Origin: Thermoplasmata archaeon
GTDB taxonomy: Archaea; Thermoplasmatota; Thermoplasmata; Lutacidiplasmatales; UBA184
Reading direction: 5' to 3'
Assembly: GCA_052325545.1 (NCBI GenBank)
Contig: JBKQUP010000009.1
Location: forward strand, 13,486 to 77,485
Length of the DNA: 64,000 bases
Part shown: in pieces, positions 52,504-61,395 of the stretch
How positions within the stretch are numbered: the first letter of the stretch is position 1
Layout of the letters: every line of letters begins with the position of its first letter
Notes under the pieces: model-generated
What the model was told of the DNA's origin: nothing
The model's database searches: none
Seen by the model: the letters and a program-made list of their open reading frames with translations, nothing else
Program-made: the position numbers and the translations under genes

Positions 52504-55500
52504 GTGAAACACTTGGTTCGACAGCAGTACCGCGCCGCTCTGTGGGTCCTGGTACTGGTCGCGCTCGTGACGAGCTCACTGGCCGCGATCGCCGGGGCTC
52601 AGGCCGCGTCTTCAGCGAACTACACGCTGAGAGGCTATGTGGAGCAGGGACCGACCGTGGGCTACGCTCCGGTCGCGGCGGGTGTACAGGTCGACCTCGT
52701 ATCCCGGGCGACGGGCCAGGTCTTTACGACCACGGTCGCAACCGGCGGGAGCTACACGTTCACCACCACCAGCACGGGCGGGGCCTTAGTGCCCGGCTAC
52801 TGGGGGGTCTGGGTTCCGCCGCAGGGGAATGTCAGCCTTTCGGGCTGTGGCGGGGCGAAGCCCTTCTACCAGTGCGCCATCCTCCCCGCGGACCAGAACC
52901 CGACCTTCCAGTTCGAGAACGCGACGGCGCTCACGACCACCTACTACCCGGTCACCATCACGGGCGTCTCGCAGGTTCCCTACACTAGTTCGGTCTCGGG
53001 GACGGTCAGCACCAAGGTCCCCGGCGCTCAGGTCTCTCTCCTCGACCCGTACTACAACGGGCTCTCTCTCGTGAACAATACGACCGCCGCGAACGGGTAC
53101 TTCAACTTCAACGCCCCAATCTCCACCGGCTACGCGCCGGCGGGGGGTTGGGTCGTCAAGACGGTCGTACCTGGGTCGCCTCCGCAGTACAACTTCACTC
53201 AGGTCGCGATCCCGAGCACCGCCCAGGTCACGGTCAACCCGAGCATCCAATCATACATCGTCTCGGGCTACGTCAACCAGTCCGCACACCCATCGGCTCA
53301 CGTTCCCACCGCCGGTAATGTCACGCTGTTCGACCCGACGAGCGGCTACCTCTACTCGAGCGCCACTCCCCCCGGAGGGTACTATTCGGCCGGGACGTAC
53401 GGGACCAACTTCGGGAGCGGCTCACACACGTTCGACCTGGTCCTCTCGTCGATCGGCTACGGGACCGTTTGGTACCCCCTAACGGTGAGCACCCCGAGCC
53501 CCGTCCAGCACAACTTCCTGGCGTCCCCGCTAGCCCCGAGCCAGCTCGGGAGCTTCCAAACGACGCTCAACTTCTCCGGAATCAACGTCGCGAGCGGCTC
53601 CGGTAATCTCGCGGTCAAGACGGTGGCCACGCTCGGCAACGACACGGTCTTCCCGAACCTTCCGAACGCGACCGTCGGCCAGTTGTGGGCGCAGCTCGGT
53701 CTCGACTTCAATCACTCGATCATCTTCCCGAGCACGATGCTGCCCACGGTGACGAGCTGGGTGAACTCCACCGGGCCATTCTTCCCGGCGGTCCAAGCTC
53801 AGACCACGGTCAACGGCACCGGGTTCGTCGGACCCGCCGCGCCGGAGACGCTCGCCAGCTGGGCCTCCACCTGCTCGGGCGCGTGCGACCTCTCCACGAA
53901 CGCGAACCTGACCTACCAGTGGTCGGAGAGCTACGGTCTCAACGGGTCGGTCCCGATCAACGGGACCACGTACTCGATAGCGTTCGGCTTTGCCCACCCC
54001 GCGTCGAGCTCGGACGTCTACAACTACACGCTCGTGCTGCCCAGCGGCTACGTTCTCGCGGCCGACACCCAAGCCCCCACGGGCACGCGCCTCTCCGCAG
54101 CCGGAACGGGAGGGACATGGACGAGCTTCACCCTCCAATCGCTCCCCAGCACTTCCTCCGTCGGGACCGCCAAGTTCTCGATCGTGAAGTACTCCGCGCT
54201 GACCCCGATCGTCAACGCCACGGTGTCGAACTTCGCGTTCTCGAGCCACAACGTCCTCAACAGCACGCAGAAGAACTACACCGTTGAGGTCGGTGTGGGT
54301 CAGAACGTGACGTTCAGCGCCCTCAACTCCCTCTATCCGGCGGGGACGAACGGGACGAAGTTCTCGTGGGCGTTCGGCGACGGCGCGACGGCCAACTCGA
54401 CCACCGCGACCACGAACCACACCTACGCGGCGGCGAGCGGCTCGAGCCCCTACCCCGGGAAGCTTACGGTCACCAGCTCGGGAGGACTCACGAACTCGAC
54501 CCCGTTCTTCGTGTGGGTCGCGCAGGGGCCGGTGACCCCAAAGATCTCGGTGAACTCCACGGCGAGCCAGAACAAGACCGCGGGGTCGACCTCCTACGTG
54601 TTCGTCAACTGGGGGACCGTCCTCCACTTCAACGCGAGCCAAAGCTCGGCCACGGTCAGCTCCTCGACCGGAGTGGCGGGCGTCCTATCGGTCGCGTCGT
54701 TCGCGCTGGTCTCCTCGGGCGGATTCAAGCAGACCGCGAACTACTCGGTCGGGCAAGGGGCCAACTTCTGGTCGAACTTCACCGTCCAGTTCCTTGGGGC
54801 GGGCTACTACCTCTCCACGGGAACCGTGGGCGGCACGGCGGTCCCGATCAAGGGCTGGCAGTACAACCTCACCTTGACCGTCTGGTCCGGGACCGGCCAG
54901 ATGGCGAAGACCACGCTCGACATCCTCGTGAACGACACGCAGAAGCCCACGTCGGCGTTCCAGGTGCTCACCACGGGCGGCAAGGCCGTCACGGGTAGCG
55001 GAGTGGTCGCCGGAACGAACCTCTCCGCGAACGTCCTCCTGAGCGGGGCGAACGCGACCGACCCGCACAACGGGTCCATCGTGAAGTACTACTGGCTCGT
55101 CACGAACTCGCAGAACGCGTCGTTCCACCAGGGCGTGAACGTCACGTCGGTGAAGCCGTATCCCTCGTTCTGGATGCCCGCTTCGACCAACCCCTACACG
55201 GTCAACCTGACGGTGTGGGACCTGAACCAGAACTTCGGGTACACGACCCAATCGCTCACCGTCTCGCAGAACACGACCACGAGCCCCATCATGGCCGCGA
55301 AGAACCTCACGGGCCCGTCGAGCATCTCGGACGGGTCGTCCGTGACGTACTGGGTGAACATTACGGTCGGCGGTGGTTCAAAGGCGGTCGCGGACGACGT
55401 CTCGGTCGCGTTCTACCTGCTCTCCCCGAGCGGCGGAGGGAGCCCGAACTACATCGGCGGCTCTCCGGGCTCCGTGCAGTTCTTCAACTACACCTCGCCC

Positions 55501-55887
55501 GGGGTCGTCAACACGGTCTCGTTCGCCACGGGGAGCATCGCGAGCCTCGCGTACAACACGACCGTGCGCGCGGTGGTCACCTGGACGCCCGGGATCACGG
55601 GTAACTACGTCCTCTACGCGAACGTGACGGCGGCCAACGAGTTCTCGGGCGACTACACGAACGGGCCGAACGTTGCGACGATGTCCATCTCGATCGGACC
55701 GAACCCAACGACCCAACTGCTCGAGTACGTCGCGATCGGGGTCGCGGTCGTCGTGGTCATCCTGCTGCTCATCCTCTACTACCGCCGCCGCACCGGAAAG
55801 GGCGGCGCGAAGGGCGGGACCCCGAAGTCGGGGCTCGAGCGCTCCAAGCGCCCGGCGGACGAAGACGACGAGGACGACGACAAGTAG
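52504..55887 (+). CDS. large secreted surface glycoprotein (S-layer candidate): signal peptide, CarboxypepD_reg-like and PKD-like domains, C-terminal TM anchor plus charged tail
   Basis: GTG start after a TATA box (GCTATATGT, about 52441); N-terminal hydrophobic signal; more than 50 N-x-S/T sequons; WAFGDGATANSTTATTNHTY PKD signature; C-terminus VAIGVAVVVVILLLILYYRRR...PADEDDEDDDK. Confidence 0.8.
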   Translation: MKHLVRQQYRAALWVLVLVALVTSSLAAIAGAQAASSANYTLRGYVEQGPTVGYAPVAAGVQVDLVSRATGQVFTTTVATGGSYTFTTTSTGGALVPGYWGVWVPPQGNVSLSGCGGAKPFYQCAILPADQNPTFQFENATALTTTYYPVTITGVSQVPYTSSVSGTVSTKVPGAQVSLLDPYYNGLSLVNNTTAANGYFNFNAPISTGYAPAGGWVVKTVVPGSPPQYNFTQVAIPSTAQVTVNPSIQSYIVSGYVNQSAHPSAHVPTAGNVTLFDPTSGYLYSSATPPGGYYSAGTYGTNFGSGSHTFDLVLSSIGYGTVWYPLTVSTPSPVQHNFLASPLAPSQLGSFQTTLNFSGINVASGSGNLAVKTVATLGNDTVFPNLPNATVGQLWAQLGLDFNHSIIFPSTMLPTVTSWVNSTGPFFPAVQAQTTVNGTGFVGPAAPETLASWASTCSGACDLSTNANLTYQWSESYGLNGSVPINGTTYSIAFGFAHPASSSDVYNYTLVLPSGYVLAADTQAPTGTRLSAAGTGGTWTSFTLQSLPSTSSVGTAKFSIVKYSALTPIVNATVSNFAFSSHNVLNSTQKNYTVEVGVGQNVTFSALNSLYPAGTNGTKFSWAFGDGATANSTTATTNHTYAAASGSSPYPGKLTVTSSGGLTNSTPFFVWVAQGPVTPKISVNSTASQNKTAGSTSYVFVNWGTVLHFNASQSSATVSSSTGVAGVLSVASFALVSSGGFKQTANYSVGQGANFWSNFTVQFLGAGYYLSTGTVGGTAVPIKGWQYNLTLTVWSGTGQMAKTTLDILVNDTQKPTSAFQVLTTGGKAVTGSGVVAGTNLSANVLLSGANATDPHNGSIVKYYWLVTNSQNASFHQGVNVTSVKPYPSFWMPASTNPYTVNLTVWDLNQNFGYTTQSLTVSQNTTTSPIMAAKNLTGPSSISDGSSVTYWVNITVGGGSKAVADDVSVAFYLLSPSGGGSPNYIGGSPGSVQFFNYTSPGVVNTVSFATGSIASLAYNTTVRAVVTWTPGITGNYVLYANVTAANEFSGDYTNGPNVATMSISIGPNPTTQLLEYVAIGVAVVVVILLLILYYRRRTGKGGAKGGTPKSGLERSKRPADEDDEDDDK

Positions 55888-55907
55888 GGGTCCGCAAGGT
55901 GGACCGC

Positions 55908-55950
55908 TTTCCCCCGGCGACGGGGGAGACCAACCCCTTCCTTCTCTCTT
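55908..55950 (+). terminator. hairpin CCCCCG-GCGA-CGGGGG followed by a T-rich tract (CTTCCTTCTCTCTT)
   Basis: Seen directly 20 nt after the stop of the surface-protein gene. Confidence 0.4.
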
Positions 55951-56077
55951 GAATGAATTCGTTCCCAGGGTCGGTACCGATAGCTCGGCCGCACCATACC
56001 CGAAGGGCGAATCGGGTCCGTATCGGCCCGCCCATCCCGGGAGGTGGGAAAGGACCTAACCGGGGGCTCGAGTCCGC

Positions 56078-56275
56078 TTAGCCGTACGGACCGACCTCGT
56101 CCAGGAGGTCGACGTGGGTCAGCAGCATCCGTCGGCAACAGTACCGGTGGAGCCCGAGCGCGTCCAACACGGCGCCGGCGGGCTCGCCGCGCGCGGTCCG
56201 CTCGCGGTACTCGTCCCAGTGTTGTCCGATCACCGCTCCGCAGGTAAAACAGCGGACCGGCACCATCATCGTCAT
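56078..56275 (-). CDS. rpoN: DNA-directed RNA polymerase subunit N (Rpb10 homologue)
   Basis: MVPVRCFTCGAVIGQHWDEY...RYCCRRMLLTHVDL zinc-binding motif. The true start is probably the 3rd or 4th Met (56266). Confidence 0.85.
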   Translation of the reverse strand: MTMMVPVRCFTCGAVIGQHWDEYRERTARGEPAGAVLDALGLHRYCCRRMLLTHVDLLDEVGPYG

Positions 56276-56294
56276 CGATCGAAGACCTCCCAGC

Positions 56295-56702
56295 TCACCG
56301 GTACGACTTCTGCCGACGCTTGCGGGCCCCGCGGCCGCCGGGGCGCTTCGGCAGCTTGCGGCGCGGGTCGTTCACGAGGAGAGAACGGTCGTAGCGCTTG
56401 AACATCTCCTTGAGCTGGTCGTCCTTGAGCCAGAGGATGAGGCCGCGGGCCACGGCTGTCCGGGCCGCCGAGGCCTGGCCGACGTAGCCCCCGCCGGCCG
56501 TCTGGACCGAGATGTCGAGGTTCTTTGCACGGTCCCCGACCATGAGCAGCGGCTCCTGGACCTTCAAACGGATGATCTCGGGCTCGACGAGCTCGAGCGG
56601 ACGGTCGTTGAACCGGACGCGGCCCGCCCCCTTGCGCACGGTGGCCCGGGCGACCGCCGTCTTGCGCTTTCCCGTGGCGAGGACGATGACGGGTGCCTTC
56701 AT
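56295..56702 (-). CDS. rps9: 30S ribosomal protein S9
   Basis: 135 aa; ATG overlaps the rpl13 stop; C-terminal RRKLPKRPGGRGARKRRQKSYR. Confidence 0.9.
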   Translation of the reverse strand: MKAPVIVLATGKRKTAVARATVRKGAGRVRFNDRPLELVEPEIIRLKVQEPLLMVGDRAKNLDISVQTAGGGYVGQASAARTAVARGLILWLKDDQLKEMFKRYDRSLLVNDPRRKLPKRPGGRGARKRRQKSYR

Positions 56703-57139
56703 GAACGGGCCCCCAGGAGCTTCGTGATCTCAGCGAGCGTGACGGGCGGGCGGAGGGTCGGTCGGGCCTTGGCGCCCTCGATCGTCTCGGTCGGATGGCC
56801 GGCGAGCTCGGGCGGCACGCCGATGTGAACCTGGAGGCGACGGAACGCGACCTTGCCTCGGGTCTGGAGGTGCGGCAGCATGCCGCGGACAGTACGACGG
56901 AAGATGCGGTCGGCGTAGCGGGGGAAGTGCGGTCCGCTGCGGACCGAGCCGCGGGCGCGGGCCTCCGTGTAGTGGGCGACCACCTGGGACCGTCCGCCGG
57001 TCACGACGCTCTTCTCCGCGTTCACCACGACGATCGTCTCGCCGTTCAGCAAGCGCTTTGCGATGAGGCTCGCGGCACGTCCGAGGACGAGGCCGCTCGC
57101 GTCGACGACCGTGACGGACGGCTCGGGAGCGTTAGGCAA
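56699..57139 (-). CDS. rpl13: 50S ribosomal protein L13
   Basis: VVDASGLVLGRAASLIAKRLLNGETIVVVNAEK...matches the L13 family. Confidence 0.9.
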   Translation of the reverse strand: MPNAPEPSVTVVDASGLVLGRAASLIAKRLLNGETIVVVNAEKSVVTGGRSQVVAHYTEARARGSVRSGPHFPRYADRIFRRTVRGMLPHLQTRGKVAFRRLQVHIGVPPELAGHPTETIEGAKARPTLRPPVTLAEITKLLGARS

Positions 57140-57497
57140 AGAGCCGTACCCCCGCCCCGTCGGGCTTGGTCTTCAGAAGGTCGTTGACGGTGATCGCGAC
57201 CCCGCCGGCCGCGTGAATCTTCGTCCGGGCCTCCTTCGAGTAGGCAAACGCAGCAACGGTGAGCTTCTTCGACAACCGCCCTTCGGACAGCAACTTTCCG
57301 GGGACGATGACGGTCTCGCCGGCCTCGGTCAACCGGTCCAGGTGGCCCACGTTCACGGGGACCACGCGGTGGCGGGGGCGCTCGAGGCGGTCGGCGACCG
57401 AAGCCCAGATCGGGGCCTGGTTCGAACGGGCCGCCCGGCGCAGCTCGACGATGAGCCGTACGAGCTCGGAATTGTCCTTAGGAATGGGATGGGCCAT
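57132..57497 (-). CDS. rpl18e: 50S ribosomal protein L18e
   Basis: Track ORF trimmed to ATG 57497 (verified); 121 aa; a TATA box lies about 30 nt upstream. Confidence 0.8.
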   Translation of the reverse strand: MAHPIPKDNSELVRLIVELRRAARSNQAPIWASVADRLERPRHRVVPVNVGHLDRLTEAGETVIVPGKLLSEGRLSKKLTVAAFAYSKEARTKIHAAGGVAITVNDLLKTKPDGAGVRLFA

Positions 57498-57523
57498 GGC
57501 GGGAGGGCCTCGACCCGGGTGGC

Positions 57524-57532
57524 TCATATAAG
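57524..57532 (-). promoter_or_regulatory. TATA box (minus strand CTTATATGA) for the leaderless rpl18e-rpl13-rps9-rpoN operon
   Basis: AT hexamer 28-34 nt upstream of the rpl18e ATG. Confidence 0.45.
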
Positions 57533-57661
57533 CGTTGCCGCTCGCAGAGATGCCGGAACGGAGCACGCCGGTCGCCGGCGGTCCGGCACACTGCTTCCGC
57601 GCTTCCATTACCGGCCAACGGTTAAATACGCCCCCCCGCCATCGGCGGTCGGAGCCTCCCT

Positions 57662-57904
57662 ATGCGCAAGTTCCTCACCGAACTCCGAGGAAAGACCGTG
57701 ATGACGAACGACGGCCAGATCCTGGGCATGATCGACAATTTCGTCGTCGACACGTTGACGGGCGGCATCGCGCACGTCCTCGTGACCCCGAGCGAGGATG
57801 TCGAGCAGCGCCTCTTCCAGAGCGATGCCTCCGGCCGGCTCGTGCTCCCCTTCAAGAGCATGCGCGCGGTGAAGGACGTCGTCGTGATGGACATTGGGAA
57901 GTAA
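57662..57904 (+). CDS. PRC-barrel domain protein
   Basis: 80 aa; LRGKTVMTNDGQILGMIDNFVVDTLTGGIAHVLV is a typical PRC-barrel. Confidence 0.6.
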   Translation: MRKFLTELRGKTVMTNDGQILGMIDNFVVDTLTGGIAHVLVTPSEDVEQRLFQSDASGRLVLPFKSMRAVKDVVVMDIGK

Positions 57905-58745
57905 CCCCTCCGATTCCCCGCTCGTTTCGGTCGTCATCACCGTCCGCAACGAAGCGCAGCACATCGACCAGCTCCTCGAGAGCCTCCTCGTACAGGAGGC
58001 GCCGTTCGAGGTCGTCCTCGTTGACTCCGAGAGCCGGGACGGCACAGTGGAGGCCGCCCGGGCCTTCGCCGTGCATCATCCCGACCTCCTGCGGGTCTTC
58101 GAGCGGCCGGGCTCGCGGGGAGTGGGCCGGAACACGGGCGTCAAGGAGGCTCGGGGAGAGTTCGTGGCCTTCATCGACGGCGACTGCTTCGCGGACTCCC
58201 AGTGGCTGAAGCGCTTGCGGGAAGGCCTCACCGGGTCCGCCGTGGTGGCCGGCCGCACGGTCGTTGTGGGGAAGCATCGCTACGGCCAGCTCGAGCGGGT
58301 CGAGCTGCTGCAGAAGGGGTTCGACGTCACCTTCCCCTCGTGCAACCTCGCGTACCGGCGAGAGCTGTTCGTGCGCCTCGGAGGGTTCGATACGCGGTTC
58401 ATCACCGCGGAGGACATCGACCTCAACATGCGGGCCGTCCAGGCCGGGGCCTCGATCGTCTACCGGCCGGAGGCGATCGTGTACCACCACATGCGGACCA
58501 CGTTCCTTCGGTTCCTCATGCAGGCGTTCTGGAACGGCTACGGGCGAAAGCAGCTCACGGAGAAGCAAGGCAGCCTGTGGGGACGCTACCGGGTCCGCCG
58601 ACTGATCTCGGACCAGCGAGGGGTCATGGCCTGGGCCCGCCTCACGGCAGCGCTCGCGGGCTACACCACCCGCGTTGCCACCGGAAGAAAGCGACGGCTT
58701 GCCCCGGGGACAGCGATTCCCGAGCTCGGCGCGTACCCGGCGTAA
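57894..58745 (+). CDS. family-2 glycosyltransferase
   Basis: VSVVITVRNEAQHIDQLLESL...FIDGDC (DxD) GT-A signature. Confidence 0.8.
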   Translation: MGSNPSDSPLVSVVITVRNEAQHIDQLLESLLVQEAPFEVVLVDSESRDGTVEAARAFAVHHPDLLRVFERPGSRGVGRNTGVKEARGEFVAFIDGDCFADSQWLKRLREGLTGSAVVAGRTVVVGKHRYGQLERVELLQKGFDVTFPSCNLAYRRELFVRLGGFDTRFITAEDIDLNMRAVQAGASIVYRPEAIVYHHMRTTFLRFLMQAFWNGYGRKQLTEKQGSLWGRYRVRRLISDQRGVMAWARLTAALAGYTTRVATGRKRRLAPGTAIPELGAYPA

Positions 58746-58779
58746 GGACGGCCGCGGGCGGCGCCCGCAGGGAGCTTGG

Positions 58780-59139
58780 TCAGTTCGCCTTCAGGAGGTC
58801 GGCGACCTTCACGACCTCGGCCAGGACCTTCGTCAGGTCGGCGGTCTGGTCGACGACGGCGACGAGGAGCGCCTTCTTGCCGCTCCCGACGATGATCGTC
58901 TTGGAATCGTTCCCCTCGATCACGATCCGCTCGGGCGGGGCCCGGTTGAGTTCTGTGTTGGCGGTCGCGGCCGCGCCGAGGATGGTGGCGCACATGATGG
59001 CGAATGTCTCGGTGTAGACGCCCGTGGGCACGTCGGCGTAGAGGACGAGGCCGTCCCGCGAGACGAGGGCCGTCGCGATCCCGCCGATGCGGGTCTTCAG
59101 GTCCTTTACGACTGCGCCCACGTTTCCCGTCGCCATCAT
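58780..59139 (-). CDS. Roadblock/LC7 (MglB-like) domain protein
   Basis: 119 aa; GAVVKDLKTRIGGIATALVSRDGLVLYAD...ETFAIMCATILGAAATANTEL matches the Roadblock/LC7 pattern. Confidence 0.65.
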   Translation of the reverse strand: MMATGNVGAVVKDLKTRIGGIATALVSRDGLVLYADVPTGVYTETFAIMCATILGAAATANTELNRAPPERIVIEGNDSKTIIVGSGKKALLVAVVDQTADLTKVLAEVVKVADLLKAN

Positions 59140-59152
59140 TTCATTTCCCCCC

Positions 59153-59554
59153 TTAGAGCTCCTCGATCCGGAAGCGGCACTCGGAGGGCCCGGTGCTCGA
59201 GCACATCTCCTCAGTGCATTTAACGCGCCCCCCTTTAAAACGTTCGTAGAACTCGCGCAGCATGCCCCGGAGACGGTGGCAGGTCGGGATGTCGCTCGGG
59301 GCGACCTCGATCGACCCTTTCACGACGACTTCCGGGTCGGAGAACGTGATCTCCTCGACCCATCCGCGCTCCTTGAGCAGGTGTGCGACGCGGTCGAAGT
59401 AATGCGCCCGGTCCTTGAGCGCCTCCTCGGCCATCGCCGATCCGATGACCGAACCCTCCTTGAAGAACAATCCGTGACAGGCATGCGACATCACGCTCTC
59501 GTAGAGCTCCATGATCTGCCGGAGCTCGGCCTGGTCGATCTTGACCGATCGCAT
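59153..59554 (-). CDS. V4R-domain (hydrocarbon-binding-like) protein
   Basis: Track ORF 59153..60292 trimmed to ATG 59554 (verified); 133 aa; Cys/His-containing V4R-like C-terminus. Confidence 0.5.
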   Translation of the reverse strand: MRSVKIDQAELRQIMELYESVMSHACHGLFFKEGSVIGSAMAEEALKDRAHYFDRVAHLLKERGWVEEITFSDPEVVVKGSIEVAPSDIPTCHRLRGMLREFYERFKGGRVKCTEEMCSSTGPSECRFRIEEL

Positions 59555-59592
59555 GGACAGGGGCCGCACCAGCGTGCTCTGTATATATGTTA

Positions 59593-60384
59593 TCAGTCGA
59601 GCGGCGGTGGGTCGTTCCTCGGCTCCCCTTCGGCCCCCTCGGTCCCTTCGGTCTCGGCCGGGGAGCCTCCGGCCGCGAGGGTCGCCTCGAGCACGTCCAG
59701 GGTCGTCAGCCGGCCGGTGAGGACCTTCGGCCACGCGTCGCGCCGGTCGAGCAGCACGGACGGGAGGCCCGCGCGCGCCGCGGCCCGGACGTCGCTCCAG
59801 AAGAGGTCGCCGACGTACGCGACCCGTTCGGGGGGCGCGCCGAGCGCCTCGGCCGCGGCCCGGAACACGGAGCGGTCCGGGACGCACGGTCCGGGGCCGT
59901 CGCCCGAGCCGAGCAGAAGGGTCTCGGGAAGGCCGCACCGGTGGAGGAGCCAGCGGGCGGATTCGGCGGGCAGGGGGGTCACGGTGCCGACCTTGACGCC
60001 GCGCGAGCGGAGACGGTCGAGGGCGCGCGGAACGTCCTCGTACCGTTCGACCTCGCCCGCGGGTCGCAGGAACCGACGCACGACCGCCTCCGTTTCCGCG
60101 GGGGGGAGAGGGTGGCCCGCGACGGTCGCGAGGGCGTCCGCGAGATGGGCCCGGAGGGCCTCCACGTTGGCCGGCGGGGCCTTCCCCGTGAGCCCCTGCC
60201 AACGACGACGGTCCCAGCCCTTGAGGGCCCGTCGCACCGCCGCCTTCACTCGGCGTTCGCCCAGGACCGGGCCTTGGGGCCGCCACGCCCACTGCCAGGC
60301 GGCCGGCGTCTGGAACGGGACGAGCACATCGTCTAGGTCGAGCAGGACGGCGTCGACCTCATGGGGTCCGTAGGAGAGCGTCAC
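59593..60384 (-). CDS. HAD-superfamily hydrolase
   Basis: AVLLDLDDVLV DxD motif; 263 aa; GTG start. Confidence 0.6.
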   Translation of the reverse strand: MTLSYGPHEVDAVLLDLDDVLVPFQTPAAWQWAWRPQGPVLGERRVKAAVRRALKGWDRRRWQGLTGKAPPANVEALRAHLADALATVAGHPLPPAETEAVVRRFLRPAGEVERYEDVPRALDRLRSRGVKVGTVTPLPAESARWLLHRCGLPETLLLGSGDGPGPCVPDRSVFRAAAEALGAPPERVAYVGDLFWSDVRAAARAGLPSVLLDRRDAWPKVLTGRLTTLDVLEATLAAGGSPAETEGTEGAEGEPRNDPPPLD

Positions 60385-60397
60385 GGTCGGTGCCGCG

Positions 60398-61270
60398 CTA
60401 CGCGCGCCCGCTCTTCTGGAGTTCGAGCAGGTCCTCGGTCGATACCTTCTCGCCCTTCTTCAGACGGGCGAGGAAATCCTCCTCCTTCGGCGGTTCGGCC
60501 TCGCCCCACGTCTGGGGGGCCCGGCCGCCGCGGGCGGCGTAGAGCATTTTCTCGAAGTCGCGGACCTCTTCGATCGCGGCGATATGAGCGCGGTGCGCCT
60601 CGTCGGCCTGGGCCTTCACCTCGAGGAGGTGGGCCTGGACCTCGTCCGCCTGGCGTCGGAGCGCGTCCACGGACTCGTAGAGCACGACCATCGCCTCGTG
60701 CTCGCGCTGAGCGTCTTCGGCGAGCTTCCCGACGGCCGCGTGGTGGGCCTCAGCCTCCGTGCGCGCCTCGGCGAACTCCTTCAGCGTCTGCTCGACCTCG
60801 GGGTCCTGCCGGAGCTGGTCGTCCTGCTCCCGGATCGAGGCCTCGAGGCGCTTCATCTCCTCGATCAGCCGCTTCTCCTGGTCGCCCGTGAGCGCCGTGG
60901 TCATGTGGCGGAACTCGAGCTCCTTGAGCTCCTTGCGGAGGCGCCAGACGGGCACCGCGCCCGGCCTCGGCTGGCGGGTGCGCTTGAGCTCCTGGACCTT
61001 GTCCCCGAGCTCCTGGAACTTGCGGTTCCACTCCTCGCGGAGACGCTTTTCCTCGCGGACCTGCGCGTTGAAGGTGTCGCGAAGGCGACGGTGTTCCTGG
61101 GCCTCGGCGCTCTTGTCGTGGAGCTCGTCGAGGATATTGGACCGGGACTCCGCCGTCGTCCGGGCGTCCGCGTTCAGCCGGTCGCGCTTGGCGCGCGACT
61201 CGTCGGCCTTCGCGTTGGACTCTGCCCGCTTCCGTTCAAGTTCTTCGATTGCGTCGTCGGTCAAGGCCAC
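60398..61270 (-). CDS. archaeal coiled-coil protein (COG1340-like), 290 aa
   Basis: Essentially continuous heptad-rich E/K/R/A composition; GTG start. Confidence 0.6.
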   Translation of the reverse strand: MALTDDAIEELERKRAESNAKADESRAKRDRLNADARTTAESRSNILDELHDKSAEAQEHRRLRDTFNAQVREEKRLREEWNRKFQELGDKVQELKRTRQPRPGAVPVWRLRKELKELEFRHMTTALTGDQEKRLIEEMKRLEASIREQDDQLRQDPEVEQTLKEFAEARTEAEAHHAAVGKLAEDAQREHEAMVVLYESVDALRRQADEVQAHLLEVKAQADEAHRAHIAAIEEVRDFEKMLYAARGGRAPQTWGEAEPPKEEDFLARLKKGEKVSTEDLLELQKSGRA

Positions 61271-61395
61271 CGTTCCGCCGTAGGAGCACGTCCCGGATGG
61301 GGAAGAGTTTCGACATAAGTGCGCGATATAAAGGCTTCCGAGGAGCGGCGACCGTGGTTTCTCCTGCCGCGTCAGTCTAATAACCGCGACCCTCG

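Noticed and set aside
55951-56077. Possible ncRNA in the 190-nt convergent spacer between the surface-protein gene and rpoN
   Set aside because: Only weak local hairpins were seen; the simplest explanation is bidirectional terminator space.
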